Of a stretch of DNA of 64,000 nucleotides, positions 21,484-36,040 are shown in pieces. This DNA is from Chrysomallon squamiferum (taxonomy: Eukaryota; Animalia; Mollusca). Position numbers and translations under genes: made by a program. The stretch is from positions 29,946,001 to 30,010,000 of the forward strand of contig CM022679.1 of the NCBI GenBank assembly GCA_012295275.1. The letters are read 5' to 3'. How positions within the stretch are numbered: the first letter of the stretch is position 1; each line of letters starts with the position of its first letter. The notes below the pieces were generated by a model. That model was not told where the DNA came from, made no database searches, and saw nothing but the letters and a program-made list of their open reading frames with translations.

Positions 21484-21701
21484 CAGTGAAACTCCTCCAA
21501 ACCGAACTCTCTCTATAAACCGAAATTGTTTGAAAACCAAACTTATTTCTTAAACCCGTGATTTACACAGTTTTAACTGCTGAAAGTAACCCCTCAAAAC
21601 AAAAAACGTTAAAAAGTCACAGGCGCATGCTAAAGTATCTTGTTTCTGGGTAATTTCTGAGCATCTATAGCAACCGAGTTCTGTTCAGAGCAGTTTCACT
21701 G
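21484..21701. mobile_element. 218 bp MITE (Tc1/mariner-pogo type, CAGTG termini)
   Basis: 26 bp TIRs: CAGTGAAACTCCTCCAAACCGAACTC vs reverse-complement CAGTGAAACTGCTCTGAACAGAACTC (4 mismatches). TA on the right flank, CA on the left. Confidence 0.75.
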
Positions 21702-22484
21702 TATATAAAACGGTCTCTACAATAATGCACAGAAACGTTATTTCAGTGCCTCAGGGAATTATCAATAATAAATTGAAGTTAGAGAAAAAAAAATTAAAAA
21801 TGAAGAAAAACAATTGATGAAAAAAACAACAACAACAAAAAAAGGAGTAATATTTCAGAATCGCACAGGTATTGTTCAAAACGAGAAATATTTTCCTGAA
21901 GGTGATAAATACAATAACAAGATATTTTAATCTTCATTTGTTTTTTTTGTTGTTTTTTTGTTGTTTTTTGTTTTTGTATTTTTAGTAAGTTAAAGCAAAT
22001 TAAATGAAATACAATTCATAAAAACGTTGTACTATCAAAGGTATCGTTATTTCTGTGTGAAAAAGAAAATGAAGATACACGTCAAAAGTAAAAAATAGAT
22101 TTTGCAGAATCTATAGCAATACATTGGCATATGGCAAGTGATATTTCTGTCTAATACAAGGTGGTATTTCAGAATCTCGGATGTCTTGTCACATACATAT
22201 GTCTCTATGACTAATTAATACAAAAACGAAATAAGAAGGTGATTATTGGTTGTCTGCTCAAAATAGACAAATTCTAAAACGAAGATAAAGAATTCACAAG
22301 ATATGTGAATTGACAGAAATTCATAGATATTCTTCGAAACGAGCAATATTTTCTTGAGGGACAAATGCGGTAATAACTATATATTTTAGCCGAAAGTTTG
22401 AAATTTCAATTATCTTCAGTCTATTTCAGTCTATTTTGTTATCAAAGCTGTCTTTGTATCTGTGTAAAGAAAAAAAATTCAAAA

Positions 22485-23538
22485 ATGAAGACACACATTT
22501 CCTGGGCAACGACCAGAATGTTGCTGCTTGTTTTGGCTTCATTTCTTCAAATGTACGTTGTTACAGACCGTAATGCATGTACAGACATCAGTTATTTCAG
22601 TGACAAGACTCAGAAAAACTTCGTTTCCTACAATATCTTTTGTTGGTTCAAAGGTCTCGGATTTCTGCAGTGCGTTCAGCAATGTCTTTTCAGAAGAAGA
22701 TGTCAGAGCATCAATTATGACCTCACCACGAACATCTGTGATCTCAGTGACGCAGGAAATGACAGTGTGCATTCCAAACAGGGAAGTGTTTTCACAGAAA
22801 TCTCAAAATGGCCGCAGGTAAGTATAGAAATGTTATTAGTTTGTAGCTGTTGTTCTTTCTTACACAGTTATTTTGAATGAGTAAATAGACGAATGTATGG
22901 AATGAAAAACAGTAAATAACTAATTAAACTATGTATTTCAGAGACTTGCCCTTCAGTGTGAGAATCACAGTTGTCCAAACGGTACTGTCTGTACAATTGT
23001 TAGACAAACAACAGACTGCAGTCCAGGTAAAAATATTAAATTTCTTTCTAGAGGAGTAACAACAACAACTACTACTACTACTACTACCAAGACCATCATA
23101 TACATTAGTACTACAACTACTACTACTGTTGCTACTACTACCAACGTTGACTAATAAAACATTTTGATTTTATAATGATGTTTTTAAATGTTTTAATCTG
23201 TTTTCAAAACATTTTCTGTTTCGCATTTTAATTTTTATTTAATTTTAATTTTTATTATTATTATTTTTTTTTTTTTTTTTATTTTTTTTTTTTTAAGTCT
23301 AAGCCACTATTAGCAATAGACTTAAATTAAAATAAAACTGAATATTTTATTCCTTTTACACTGAATTCGAGAATGGACAATGTTTTATGGTTTTGGCTTA
23401 ATGCTCGTTATACAGAACATTAATATCATTCAGCAAACCCTCGCTATGTACGCAATTTATTTAAAAAATAGATAATTTAAAAAACTGTAAAATATTACTG
23501 TCTATATACATTGTATGTACCCTGCAGTAAAGGTACAT

Positions 23539-23586
<48 letters not shown>

Positions 23587-26500
23587 GTTGTCTACGTAGT
23601 TATATGTGCATAATATGATAAAGTTACATTAATTTTAAAGTCTAATTAATTTTAAAACGTGACAAGAAGGTGATAATTGGCTGTCAACTAAAATTAAACA
23701 ATTTACGAAAATGAAGATAAAGCATTAATGAAAAAAATAAAAATGATTAATTCTTCAGAAACTCATAGATACTGCTCGAAATACGAAATACTTTCCTAAT
23801 ATCAATGCAACAAAATATTTTAACACAAAGCTTGAAAACATTCATTTTCATTCTTTGGATTTTTCGTGAATTAAAACAAATTAAATTAAATATAGAAACT
23901 GAATTGTGTTATCGATTTATCCTGTGTATAATTTGTTATATTGTATCTGTACTTTATATGCATAGAGTAATAAAAGTATATATATATATTCTATTCAGAA
24001 ATGTTTCCACTGGACCAGGGCTACACCAAGGGAGATAACTTGCCATTCTTTTACAAGGTGCACACGGAGTCAGTAAGTTTTGAAACAGCAAGACAGACTT
24101 GTCTGCAAGAACAGGGACGACTCGTGGAAATAGAATCTGCTCAGAAAAACAAGTTTGTAGGTCACGTTTCTGAAGGTGAGTGTTTAAGTGTATATACATA
24201 TACAGTAGAGTTTACGTGTATATACATATACAGTAGAGTTTAAGTGTATATACATATACAGTAGAGTGTTTAAGTGTATATATACATATACAGTAGAGTT
24301 TAAGTGTATATACATATACAGTAGAGTTTAACTGTATATACATATACAGTAGAGTTTAAGTGTATATACATATACAGAAGAGTTTAAGTGTATATACATA
24401 TACAGTAGAGTTTAAGTGTATATACATATACAGAAGAGTTCACGTGTATATACATATACAGAAGAGTTTAAGTGTATATACATATACAGTAGAGTTTAAG
24501 TGTATATACATATACAGTAGAGTTTAAGTGTATATACATATACAGTAGAGTTTACGTGTATATACATATACAATAGAGTTTAAGTGTATATACATATACA
24601 GTAGAGTGTTTAGGTGTGTATATACATATACAGTAGAGTGTTTAAGTGTGTATATACATATACAGTAGAGTTTAAGTGTATATACATATACAGTAGAGTT
24701 TAAGTGTATATACACATACAGTAGAGTTTACGTGTATATAAATATACAGTAGAGTTTAAGTGTATATACATATACAGAAGAGTTTACGTGTATATACATA
24801 TACAGAAGAGTTTAAGTGTATATACATATACAGTAGGGTTTACATGTATATACATATACAGTAAAGTGTTTAAGTGTATATACATATACAGAAGAGTTTA
24901 AGTGTATATACATATACAGTAGAGTTTAAGTCTATATACATATACAGTAGAGTTTACGTGTATATACATATACAGTAGAGTTTAAGTGTATATACATATA
25001 CAGTAGAGTTTACGTGTATATACACATACAGTAGAGTTTAAGTGTATATACATATACAGTAGAGTTTACGTCTATATACATATACAGTAGAGTTTAAGTG
25101 TATATACATATACAGTAGAGTTTACGTGTATATACATATGCAATAGAGTTTAAGTGTATATACATATACAATAGAGTTTAAGTGTATATACATATACAGT
25201 AGAGTTTACGTGTATATACATATACAGTAGAGTGTTTAAGTGTATATACATATACAATAGAGTTTAAGTGTATATACATATACAGTAGAGTTTACGTGTA
25301 TATACACATACAGTAGAGTTTAAGTGTATATACATATACAGTAGAGTTTAAGTGTATATACATATACAGTAGAGTTTATGTGTATATACATATACAGTAG
25401 AGTTTAAGTGTATATACATATACAGTAGAGTTTAAGTGTATATACATATACAGTAGAGTTTAAGTGTATATACATATACAGTAGAGTTTACGTGTATATA
25501 CACATACAGTAGAGTTTAAGTGTATATACATATACAGTAGAGTTTAAGTGTATATACATATACAGTAGAGTTTACGTGTATATACATATACAGAAGAGTT
25601 TACGTGTACATACATATACAGAAGAGTTTAAGTGTATATACATATACAGTAGAGTTTACGTGTATATACATATACAGAAGAGTTTACGTGTATATACATA
25701 TACAGAAGAGTTTACGTGTATATACATATACAGTAGAGTTTACGTGTATATACATATACAGAAGAGTGTACGTGTATATACATATACAGTACAGTTTACG
25801 TGTATATACATATACAGAAGAGTTTAAGTGTGTATATACATATACAGTAGAGTTTACGTGTATATACATATACAGAAGAGTTTAAGTGTGTATATACATA
25901 TACAGTAGAGTTTACGTGTATATACATATACAGTAGAGTTTAAGTGTATATACATATACAGTAGAGTTTAAGTGTATATACATATACAGTAGAGTTTACG
26001 TGTATATACATATACAGAAGAGTTTAAGTGTGTATATACATATACAGTAGAGTGTTTAAGTGTATATACATATACAGTAGAGTTTAAGTGTGCATATACA
26101 TATACAGTAGAGTGTTTAAGTGTGTATATACATATACAGTAGAGTTTAATTGTATATACATATACAGTAGAGTTTACGTGTATATACATATACAGTAGAG
26201 TTTACGTGTATATACATATACAGTAGAGTTTACGTGTATATACATATACAGAAGAGTTTAAGTGTATATACATATACAGTAGTTTTTGTATATATATACA
26301 TATACAGTAGATATTTAGAGTTTATATATACATATACAGTAGAGTTTACGTGTATATACATATACAGAAGAGTTTAAGTGTGTATATACATATACAGAAG
26401 AGTTTAAGTGTGTATATACATATACAGAAGAGTTTAAGTGTATATACATATACAGTAGAGTTTACGTGTATATACATATACAGAAGAGTTTAAGTGTGTA

Positions 26501-29500
26501 TATACATATACAGTAGAGTTTACGTGTATATACATATACAGAAGAGTTTACGTGTATATACATATACAGAAGAGTTTAAGTGTGTATATACATATACAGT
26601 AGAGTTTACGTGTATATACATATACAGTAGAGTTTAAGTGTATATACATATATAGTAGAGTTTATGTGTATATACATATACAGTAGAGTGTTTAAGTGTG
26701 TATATATACATATACAGTAGAGTTTAAGTGTATATACATATACAGTAGAGTTTAAGTGTATATACATATACAATAGAGTTTAAGTGTATATACATATACA
26801 GTAGAGTTTAAGTGTATATACATATACAGTAGAGTTTAAGTGTATATACATATACAATAGAGTTTAAGTGTATATACATATACAGTAGAGAGTTTAAGTT
26901 TAAGTTTAAGTGTATATACATATACAGTAGAGTTTAAGTGTATATACATATACAGTAGAGTTTAAGTGTATATACATATACAGTAGAGTTTACGTGTATA
27001 TACATATACAGTAGAGTTTAAGTGTATATACATATACAATAGAGTTTAAGTGTATATACATATACAGTAGAGTGTTTAAGTGTGTATATACATATACAGT
27101 AGAGTGTTTAAGTGTGTATATACATATACAGTAGAGTGTTTAAGTGTGTATATACATATACAGTAGAGTTTAAGTGTATATACATATACAGTAGAGTTTA
27201 CGTGTATATACATATACAGAAGAGTTTAAGTGTGTATATATATACATATACAGTAGAGTGTTTAAGTGTATATACATATACAGTAGAGTTTAAGTTTAAT
27301 ATACATACAGTAGAGTTTAAGTGTATATACATATACAGTAGAGTTTAAGTGTATATACATATACAGTAGAGTTTAAGTGTATATACATATACAGTAGAGT
27401 TTAAGTGTATATACATATACAGTAGAGTTTAAGTGTATATACATATACAGTAGAGTTTAAGTGTATATACATATACAGTAGAGTTTAAGTGTATATACAT
27501 ATACAGTAGAGTTTATGTGTATATACATATACAGTAGAGTTTAAGTGTATATACATATACAGTAGAGTTTAAGTGTATATACATATACAGTAGAGTTTAA
27601 GTGTATATACATATACAGTAGAGTTTAAAGTGTATATATACATATACAGTAGAGTTTTAAGTGTATATACATATACAGTAGAGTTTAAGTGTATATACAT
27701 ATACAGTAGAGTTTAAGTGTATATACATATACAGAAGAGTTTACGTGTATATACATATACAGTAGAGTTTACATACATATACAGAAGAGTTTAAGTGTAT
27801 ATACATATACAGTAGAGTTTAAGTGTATTACATATACAGTAGAGTTTGTATATACATATACAGAAGAGTTTACGTGTATATACATATACAGAAGAGTTTG
27901 TATATACATATGTATATACATATACAGTAGAGTTTACGTGTATATACATATACAGAAGAGTTTACGTGTATATACATATACAGTACAGTTTACGTGTATA
28001 TACATATACAGAAGAGTTTAAGTGTGTATATACATATACATAGTTTACGTGTATATACATATACAGAAGAGTTTACGTGTATATACATATACAGAAGAGT
28101 TTACGTGTATATACATATACAGTAGAGTTTAAGTGTATATACATATACAGTAGAGTTTAAGTGTATATACATATACAGTAGAGTTTAAGTGTATATACAT
28201 ATACAGTAGAGTTTACGTGTATATACATACACAGAAGAGTTTAAGTGTGTATATACATATACAGTAGAGTGTTTAAGTGTATATACATATACAGTAGAGT
28301 TTAAGTGTGCATATACATATACAGTAGAGTGTTTAAGTGTGTATATACATATACAGTAGAGTTTAAGTGTATATACATATACAGTAGAGTTTACGTGTAT
28401 ATACATATACAGTAGAGTTTACGTGTATATACATATACAGTAGAGTTTACGTGTATATACATATACAGAAGAGTTTAAGTGTATATACATATACAGTAGA
28501 GTTTACGTGTATATACATATACAGTAGAGTTTACGTGTATATACATATACAGAAGAGTTTAAGTGTATATACATATACAGTAGAGTTTACGTGTATATAC
28601 ATATACAGAAGAGTTTAAGTGTATATACATATACAGTAGAGTTTACGTGTATATACATATACAGAAGAGTTTAAGTGTATATACATATACAGTAGAGTTT
28701 ACGTGTATATACATATACAGAAGAGTTTAAGTGTGTATATACATATACAGAAGAGTTTAAGTGTGTATATACATATACAGAAGAGTTTAAGTGTATATAC
28801 ATATACAGTAGAGTTTACGTGTATATACATATACAGAAGAGTTTAAGTGTGTATATACATATACAGTAGAGTGTACGTGTATATACATATACAGAAGAGT
28901 TTACGTGTATATACATATACAGAAGAGTTTAAGTGTGTATATACATATACAGTAGAGTTTACGTGTATATACATATACAGTAGAGTTTAAGTGTATATAC
29001 ATATATAGTAAAGTTTATGTGTATATACATATACAGTAGAGTGTTTAAGTGTGTATATATACATATACAGTAGAGTTTACGTGTATATACATATACAGTA
29101 GAGTTTAAGTGTGTATGTACATATACAGTAGAGTTTAAGTGTATATACATATACAGTAGAGTTTAAGTGTATATACATATACAGTAGAGTTTACGTGTAT
29201 ATACACATACAGTAGAGTTTAAGTGTATATACATATACAGTAGAGTTTAAGTGTATATACATATACAGTAGAGTTTACGTGTATATACATATACAGAAGA
29301 GTTTAAGTGTATATACATATACAGTAGGGTTTACGTGTATATACATATACAGTAGAGTTTACGTGTATATACATATACAGTAGAGTGTTTAAGTGTGTAT
29401 ATACATATACAGTAGAGTTTACGTGTATATACATATACAGTAGAGTTTACGTGTATATACATATACAGTAGAGTGTTTAAGTGTGTATATACATATACAG

Positions 29501-30352
29501 TAGAGTGTTTTAGTGTGTATATACATATACAGTAGAGTTTACGTGTATATACATATACAGTAGAGTTTACGTGTATATACATATACAGTAGAGTTTAAGT
29601 GTGTATATACATATACAGTAGAGTGTTTAAGTGTGTATATACATATACAGTAGAGTTTACGTGTATATACATATACAGTAGAGTTTACGTGTATATACAT
29701 ATATACAGTAGAGTTTACATGTATATACATATACAGTAGAGTTTACATGTATATACATATATAGTAGAGTTTACATGTATATACATATATACAGTAGAGT
29801 TTACATGTATATACATATATAGTAGAGTTTACATGTATATACATATACAGAAGAGTTTACGTGTATATACATATACAGTAGAGTTTACGTGTATATATAT
29901 ATATACAGTAGAGTTTACGTGTATATACATATACAGTAGAGTTTACGTGTATATACGAACACGTATGTGTCATGATAATCGGATAACTCTGACACTTACT
30001 GCTGTTTGACAGATGCCAAACACTTAGTAATTTTTGAGGAAGTAAACTGTATGCTTCGTTCTTTGTACATATCTATTATTCAAAATATTTCAATATTCAT
30101 TTATAATACCTTTCAGCTAGCCGAGGTGACCATACTTTAGTCTGGTTAGGGGCCACTGATCTGCGGGGAAGTACCTGGCTTTGGAACACAAGCAATACTC
30201 AACTTGACTTCGCATACTGGCTGCCTGGCCAGCCTGACAATTATGGAAATGGCGAACATTGTCTTTCTTTGGTTGTATCCAGTCCATATGGCTGGAATGA
30301 TTTGCCCTGTACTTTTACAACGATGTTCATCTGCGAAATCCCTTACCCATAG
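22485..30352 (+). CDS. G4: secreted PAN/Apple + Cys-rich + C-type lectin protein (QPD type), 276 aa; exons 22485-22817, 22942-23026, 23999-24175, 30117-30352
   Basis: Exon 4 (missing from the ORF track) reads ASRGDHTLVWLGATDLRGSTWLWNTSNTQLDFAYWLPGQPDNYGNGEHCLSLVVSSPYGWNDLPCTFTTMFICEIPYP*. GT-AG introns; 831 nt in frame. Confidence 0.9.
24178..29956 (+). repeat. ~5.8 kb minisatellite, 28 bp unit (tttaagtgtatatacatatacagtagag), about 200 copies, inside G4 intron 3
   Basis: Seen directly; variants tttaa/tttac, cagta/cagaa and +gt. Confidence 0.97.
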
Positions 30353-30966
30353 TAAAGACAATCCGTTTAATTTCTAAAAGAACATTTTTGAACAGAAATG
30401 TTTTTCTCTTCTTTGTTCTTTCTTTTTCATACGTTCACGCATTCTTACATACGAACAGATATATACATATATTATATTACATACATTCATAGGTCGTGCA
30501 TATAATACATATACACACACACACGCGTATACTGTTTCCCTTCGTCTTTCTGTCTTCTGCATAAGTTCATGCAAATAAGCACATATATACTTATGTTGCA
30601 TACATGATATTATATACATGTATACAATTGTGTGCGAGTGTGTAGAAATCTTGTCATTTCTGAGCAACCTCATCTGCACACACACACATATATATATATA
30701 TGTATCTATCTATATATATGTATATATATTATATATATGTGTGTCCGTATATATATATATATATATATATATACACAAACACACGCACACGTACAGATAT
30801 AGATACATAAATACATACATACATACATACATACACATGCATACTTACCGAACATACCTACCTTCATACTTCAAGGTATACATAGACTCATACATAAGAA
30901 AGGTTTCATTGATGATCGAGTGATATTGTCGCTCGCCTCCGGCTGATATATACAAACAACAACATA

Positions 30967-31402
30967 ACACCATTCGAGTAGACTACATACATAGCACCAT
31001 TCGAGTAGACTACATACACAGCACCATTCGAGTAGACTACATACACAGCACCATTCGAGTAGACTACATACACAGCACCACTCGAGTAGACTACATACAC
31101 AGCACCATTCGAGTAGACTACATACACAGCACCATTCGAGTAGACTACATACATAGCACCATTCGAGTAGACTACATACATAGCACCATTCGAGTAGACT
31201 ACATACATAGCACCATTCGAGTAGACTACATACATAGCACCATTCGAGTAGACTACATACACAGCACCATTCGAGTAGACTACATACATAGCACCATTCG
31301 AGTAGACTACATACATAGCACCATTCGAGTAGACTACATACATAGCACCATTCGAGTAGACTACATACATAGCACCATTCGAGTAGACTACATACACAGC
31401 AC
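30967..31402 (+). repeat. 27 bp minisatellite (agcaccattcgagtagactacataca[t/c]) x ~16
   Basis: Near-perfect head-to-tail copies with no spacers. Confidence 0.95.
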
Positions 31403-31966
31403 ATAAACATACTGAAAATACGACCACACACATAAACCTTCTACGTGGACATAACCACACTCGAACCCAAACACTCACAGGCACAGAACCGAAATCAACA
31501 CAATCATAAACACAGATTGTAAACGATAAATATAAAACAAAGAAAGAAACAAACACATCATAAACATGAACTAATCTATTAGTATGACACAAATGTGACT
31601 GTAGCAGACACGAAATTCGCTGTAAAATTAGCTTATTTGTTTCTTGTTCTTTTTCATTTACAGGTTAAACAAAACGTTTCCTGATAGCTTGTCAAACGTT
31701 AATTCTCTGTGTAGTGCTGCTACTAGTATTTTTGAAAAGTGCCAAGAGAAATGTATGGATACGTTGTCCGTTTTAAATTCGATAACTTTTTGCACATTGT
31801 TTTATCTTATAAGAAATATCTTGTCACTGCTCAATAAAAACTAAATTAAAAGTACTTTCTGTGTTTATATTGGAAAAATTGGTTTTATATTATATTCGTA
31901 TGTACGTACTTAATATGTATATATGTGTGTAAGTAATTAAGTATGTATGTATATGGTTTGTTCTAT

Positions 31967-31998
<32 letters not shown>

Positions 31999-32444
31999 CG
32001 TGTGTGTGTGTGTGTGTCTGTGTGTTGAATGTGCAGATATGTGTATGCATGTGTATGCATGTGTATACGTCTATATGTAGTTGTTTTTTCTTGTATATAT
32101 ATATATATACATTACGTGTATATGTATTTATGTGTGAGTGTCATTTATATAATAATGTTGTTTTTTTGTTGTAATACTTCACCAATACTTAAAAGGATTT
32201 CTACCTTAAGTGAAAGAAGAATATATATACTTGTGTAACAGTCTGACTCAATTCAGTTTCGATATTTAATTTAATTTGCTTTAATTCTCTTAAAATGCAA
32301 AGAATGAAGGCAAATGAAATTTCAAGTGTTCTGTAAAGATAAGGTGTTGTATTAATACCAACAATATCTGTGACTTATCATGATTTTCTTATCATCAACA
32401 GCTTCCATCGGTTTGTTGTTATAGATTATATAATATATTTAGAT

Positions 32445-32900
<456 letters not shown>

Positions 32901-33265
32901 GAAAGATAGATCTGAGCCATAACCAATGTAAAATCCATGTTTCTTCCTTAATAATGCATAAATTTCAATTTCAATAATTAAACAACGTCACTGGTAGAGA
33001 TCACTAAGACAAAAGAATAAACTTTTAAATGGTTTACAAGTTCACGTCTGAATTACTTTTCTGCTTTCTCACTCTCGTATATAATCTATAGACACATTAT
33101 CAAATGATATTTCAATTCTAAACTCTATAGTTCTGTTATCCTTGTTACATATTTCAAGTAGTTCAGTATATCCACACATAAAAGCTCTGTGCACTGTGTT
33201 ATAATTAACGCCATTTTGAAAAGGATAAATTCTTCTGAATGAATACAACCAGATATTCAGGGGAG

Positions 33266-33269
33266 TATG

Positions 33270-33303
<34 letters not shown>

Positions 33304-33393
33304 TGTATGTATGTATGTATGTATGTATGTATGTATGTATGTATGTATGTATGTATGTATGTATGTATGTATGTATGTATGTATGTATGTATG

Positions 33394-33427
<34 letters not shown>

Positions 33428-33492
33428 TGTATGTATGTATGTATGTATGTATGTATGTATGTATGTATGTATGTATGTATGTATGTATGTAT
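33266..33492. repeat. (TATG)n microsatellite
   Basis: Seen directly. Confidence 0.95.
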
Positions 33493-33989
33493 TGATTGTT
33501 TTGTAAACAGACTGATGTAAGTGGTAGGCTTTCACGTATTTTTCATGTTGGTAATTTTGCATCTCTAACGAATCGTGGCAACAACAAAAAGAAAAGTGTT
33601 TTCCCCGTAACAATTTAAAATAAATATTTCATGGAACACCTATCAACATGCAGTGTGTGTGATCTCGTAAATAAAAACATATCGATTTCTCCAACACTTC
33701 AGTGCGGAAAGTAAATTCAGAAATATATGCACGCACGCACGCACGCACGCAATGAAACCAGCAATGAAAGGAATGTAGCCAGATCGATTCATATATATAT
33801 ATATATATACACATAACATGCATATATATATATATGTGCGTGAGTGTTTTCAATATAAAAGTGTGTGTATTTATGTGCATATGTATATATATAGATGTGT
33901 ATGTTTGTGTGTGTGGTTAACAGTTGTAGTAATACTACTACTACTACTACAATTACTACAACTACTACCACTACTACTACTACTACTAC

Positions 33990-34029
<40 letters not shown>

Positions 34030-34517
34030 TCCAATTTACTCCTGTAGCATTAAAAATATACGTAGCAATTCATACTCATCACTATTCTTATCAAGACAAA
34101 CAAAATTCGGGTGGAAATACCCGTGATGCAAGGAAAACGAGGACAGGTTTTATAACTGTGCTGCGCTTTACAGATCATGAAAGATGAAAACTGCTTCTGT
34201 TTGCTCGACAACAAGGGATTTGTTTCATTCTCTTCTTGAATACAGGAGATCAACTATCATGACCTTAGAGAAATACAAAATGCTGTAGAGACTGAGTCAG
34301 GAAACCATTGCTCAGAGAAAATGTTAACCAATCAAACGTTAGCTGTACACTGTAATCAAAGGATTTTTTTTTTTTTACACACGTTTGTAATAATAATAAA
34401 TTGCTGCAATAATTGCACACAGTTCAAATAACGATAAACTAAATCAGACAATTTTGGCGTAGTTTTCATTTCATTATTTTTACAATTTTGCTTTCCAATT
34501 TGTAAGAATACTTTTAA

Positions 34518-34571
<54 letters not shown>

Positions 34572-34797
34572 CATCTATCTTTGCTATATCAGGAGAAGTT
34601 AATATTTCTGAATAAATAAGCATGCACATTCACAAATGTACCTGATGTACCGAACGATCCTGACATGTTTCTGTGCATTAATAATACACATAAGTAAAAT
34701 TATGTTCTCGACACGTCGTGTTGAATAACAATTTATATTAATTGTTTGGATAATGTGTGCATGTATATGAGTGTGTGTGATTCTGTCTTTCTGTGTT

Positions 34798-34876
<79 letters not shown>

Positions 34877-36040
34877 CTATGTATGTATGTATATGTGTAT
34901 GAGTGTGTATGAGTGTGTATGTGTGTTTGTGTGTGATATATATGATATGAAATATAGACTACACTGGACAGAAACAGAAATTGCAGTTTAAAGATTCTGC
35001 AGTAATTTGATATTTACTGTACTCGTTGATGTATACTGAGAAACATACACATATGCAACAAATGCAATGACATCATATGTACATAATTTATAACCAACTT
35101 CTCCAAAACAACCACAAAGTACTTTTATTTTAATTTTATTGACAAATGACAAGACATTTCTCTTAAGATAAAACAATGTGAAAAACGTTATCGAATTTTA
35201 AAATTGACAAATATTGAAACTGTTTCAGAATCAAGTCACAGGTCCATACATTTCTGTGGACGTGTTTCAGAAGTTACTTTTATCAGCACAACACAGAGAA
35301 TTAAAGTTTGACAAGCTGGGTGTATCAGGAAACGGTTTGTTTAACCAGAAAATGAAAATGAAGAAGAGAAGCGGAAACAACGAGAAAGAAACGAATTCCT
35401 TCTACAGTGAGTAGCTAACTACACTGTCGTATTTTTCACTGGTCAGTTGTGTGAGTCATGCAAAATGCGAGTATTTTAAGATAAAACGTAGGTTGTTTTT
35501 CATATTTTCAAAATTCAGATTTTCACGAAGTAAATCACGAAGTAATTAATCTGCGCAGTGTCGATTTTTTTTTTTGTATCGCTCATAGTCAGCTATCTTG
35601 TATTGCAGTATTGTATGCAATATCGTATTACAGTATTTCACATAGTCACGCTTTTTTATATTGCAATATTATTGCATATATATATATACGTATCAGTGTG
35701 TATCTATGTCTCTGTATTTATGTGGATATGTCTATATGTATATGTTTATGTGTGTGTGTATAAGTATGTGTATATATTTGTATATGTGTAAGTATATGTA
35801 TATGTGTATATTTGTATATGTGTAAGTAGTTAAGCCTCTAGAAGCGTTGAAGAATGACTAATAATTCAATGCAAATTTAACATTTCTTCTGTATACAATG
35901 AAGAAAAAATCAAAATATTTTAAAAACAAAACACCAACAAAAAGCTGCAACATTGCAATACAAAAAAAAAAAAAAAAAAAAAAATATCCCAGAACAGCCA
36001 TCTCTAGTAAGCAATAAACGTCCATCTAACTAGCGGTACA

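Noticed and set aside
24178-31402. CRISPR-like appearance of the 27/28 bp repeats
   Set aside because: Head-to-tail units with no unique spacers, no cas genes, and a spliceosomal eukaryotic context.
30871-31592. 186 aa and 228 aa minus-strand ORFs with CSLLEWCYV / VVYSNGAMY repeats
   Set aside because: Two overlapping frames opened by a 27 bp tandem repeat; no splice context or domain signal.
34184-34290. Short ORF MKTASVCSTTR... faintly like the G4/G5 N-terminus
   Set aside because: No hydrophobic core, no PAN cysteines and no downstream exons; likely chance.
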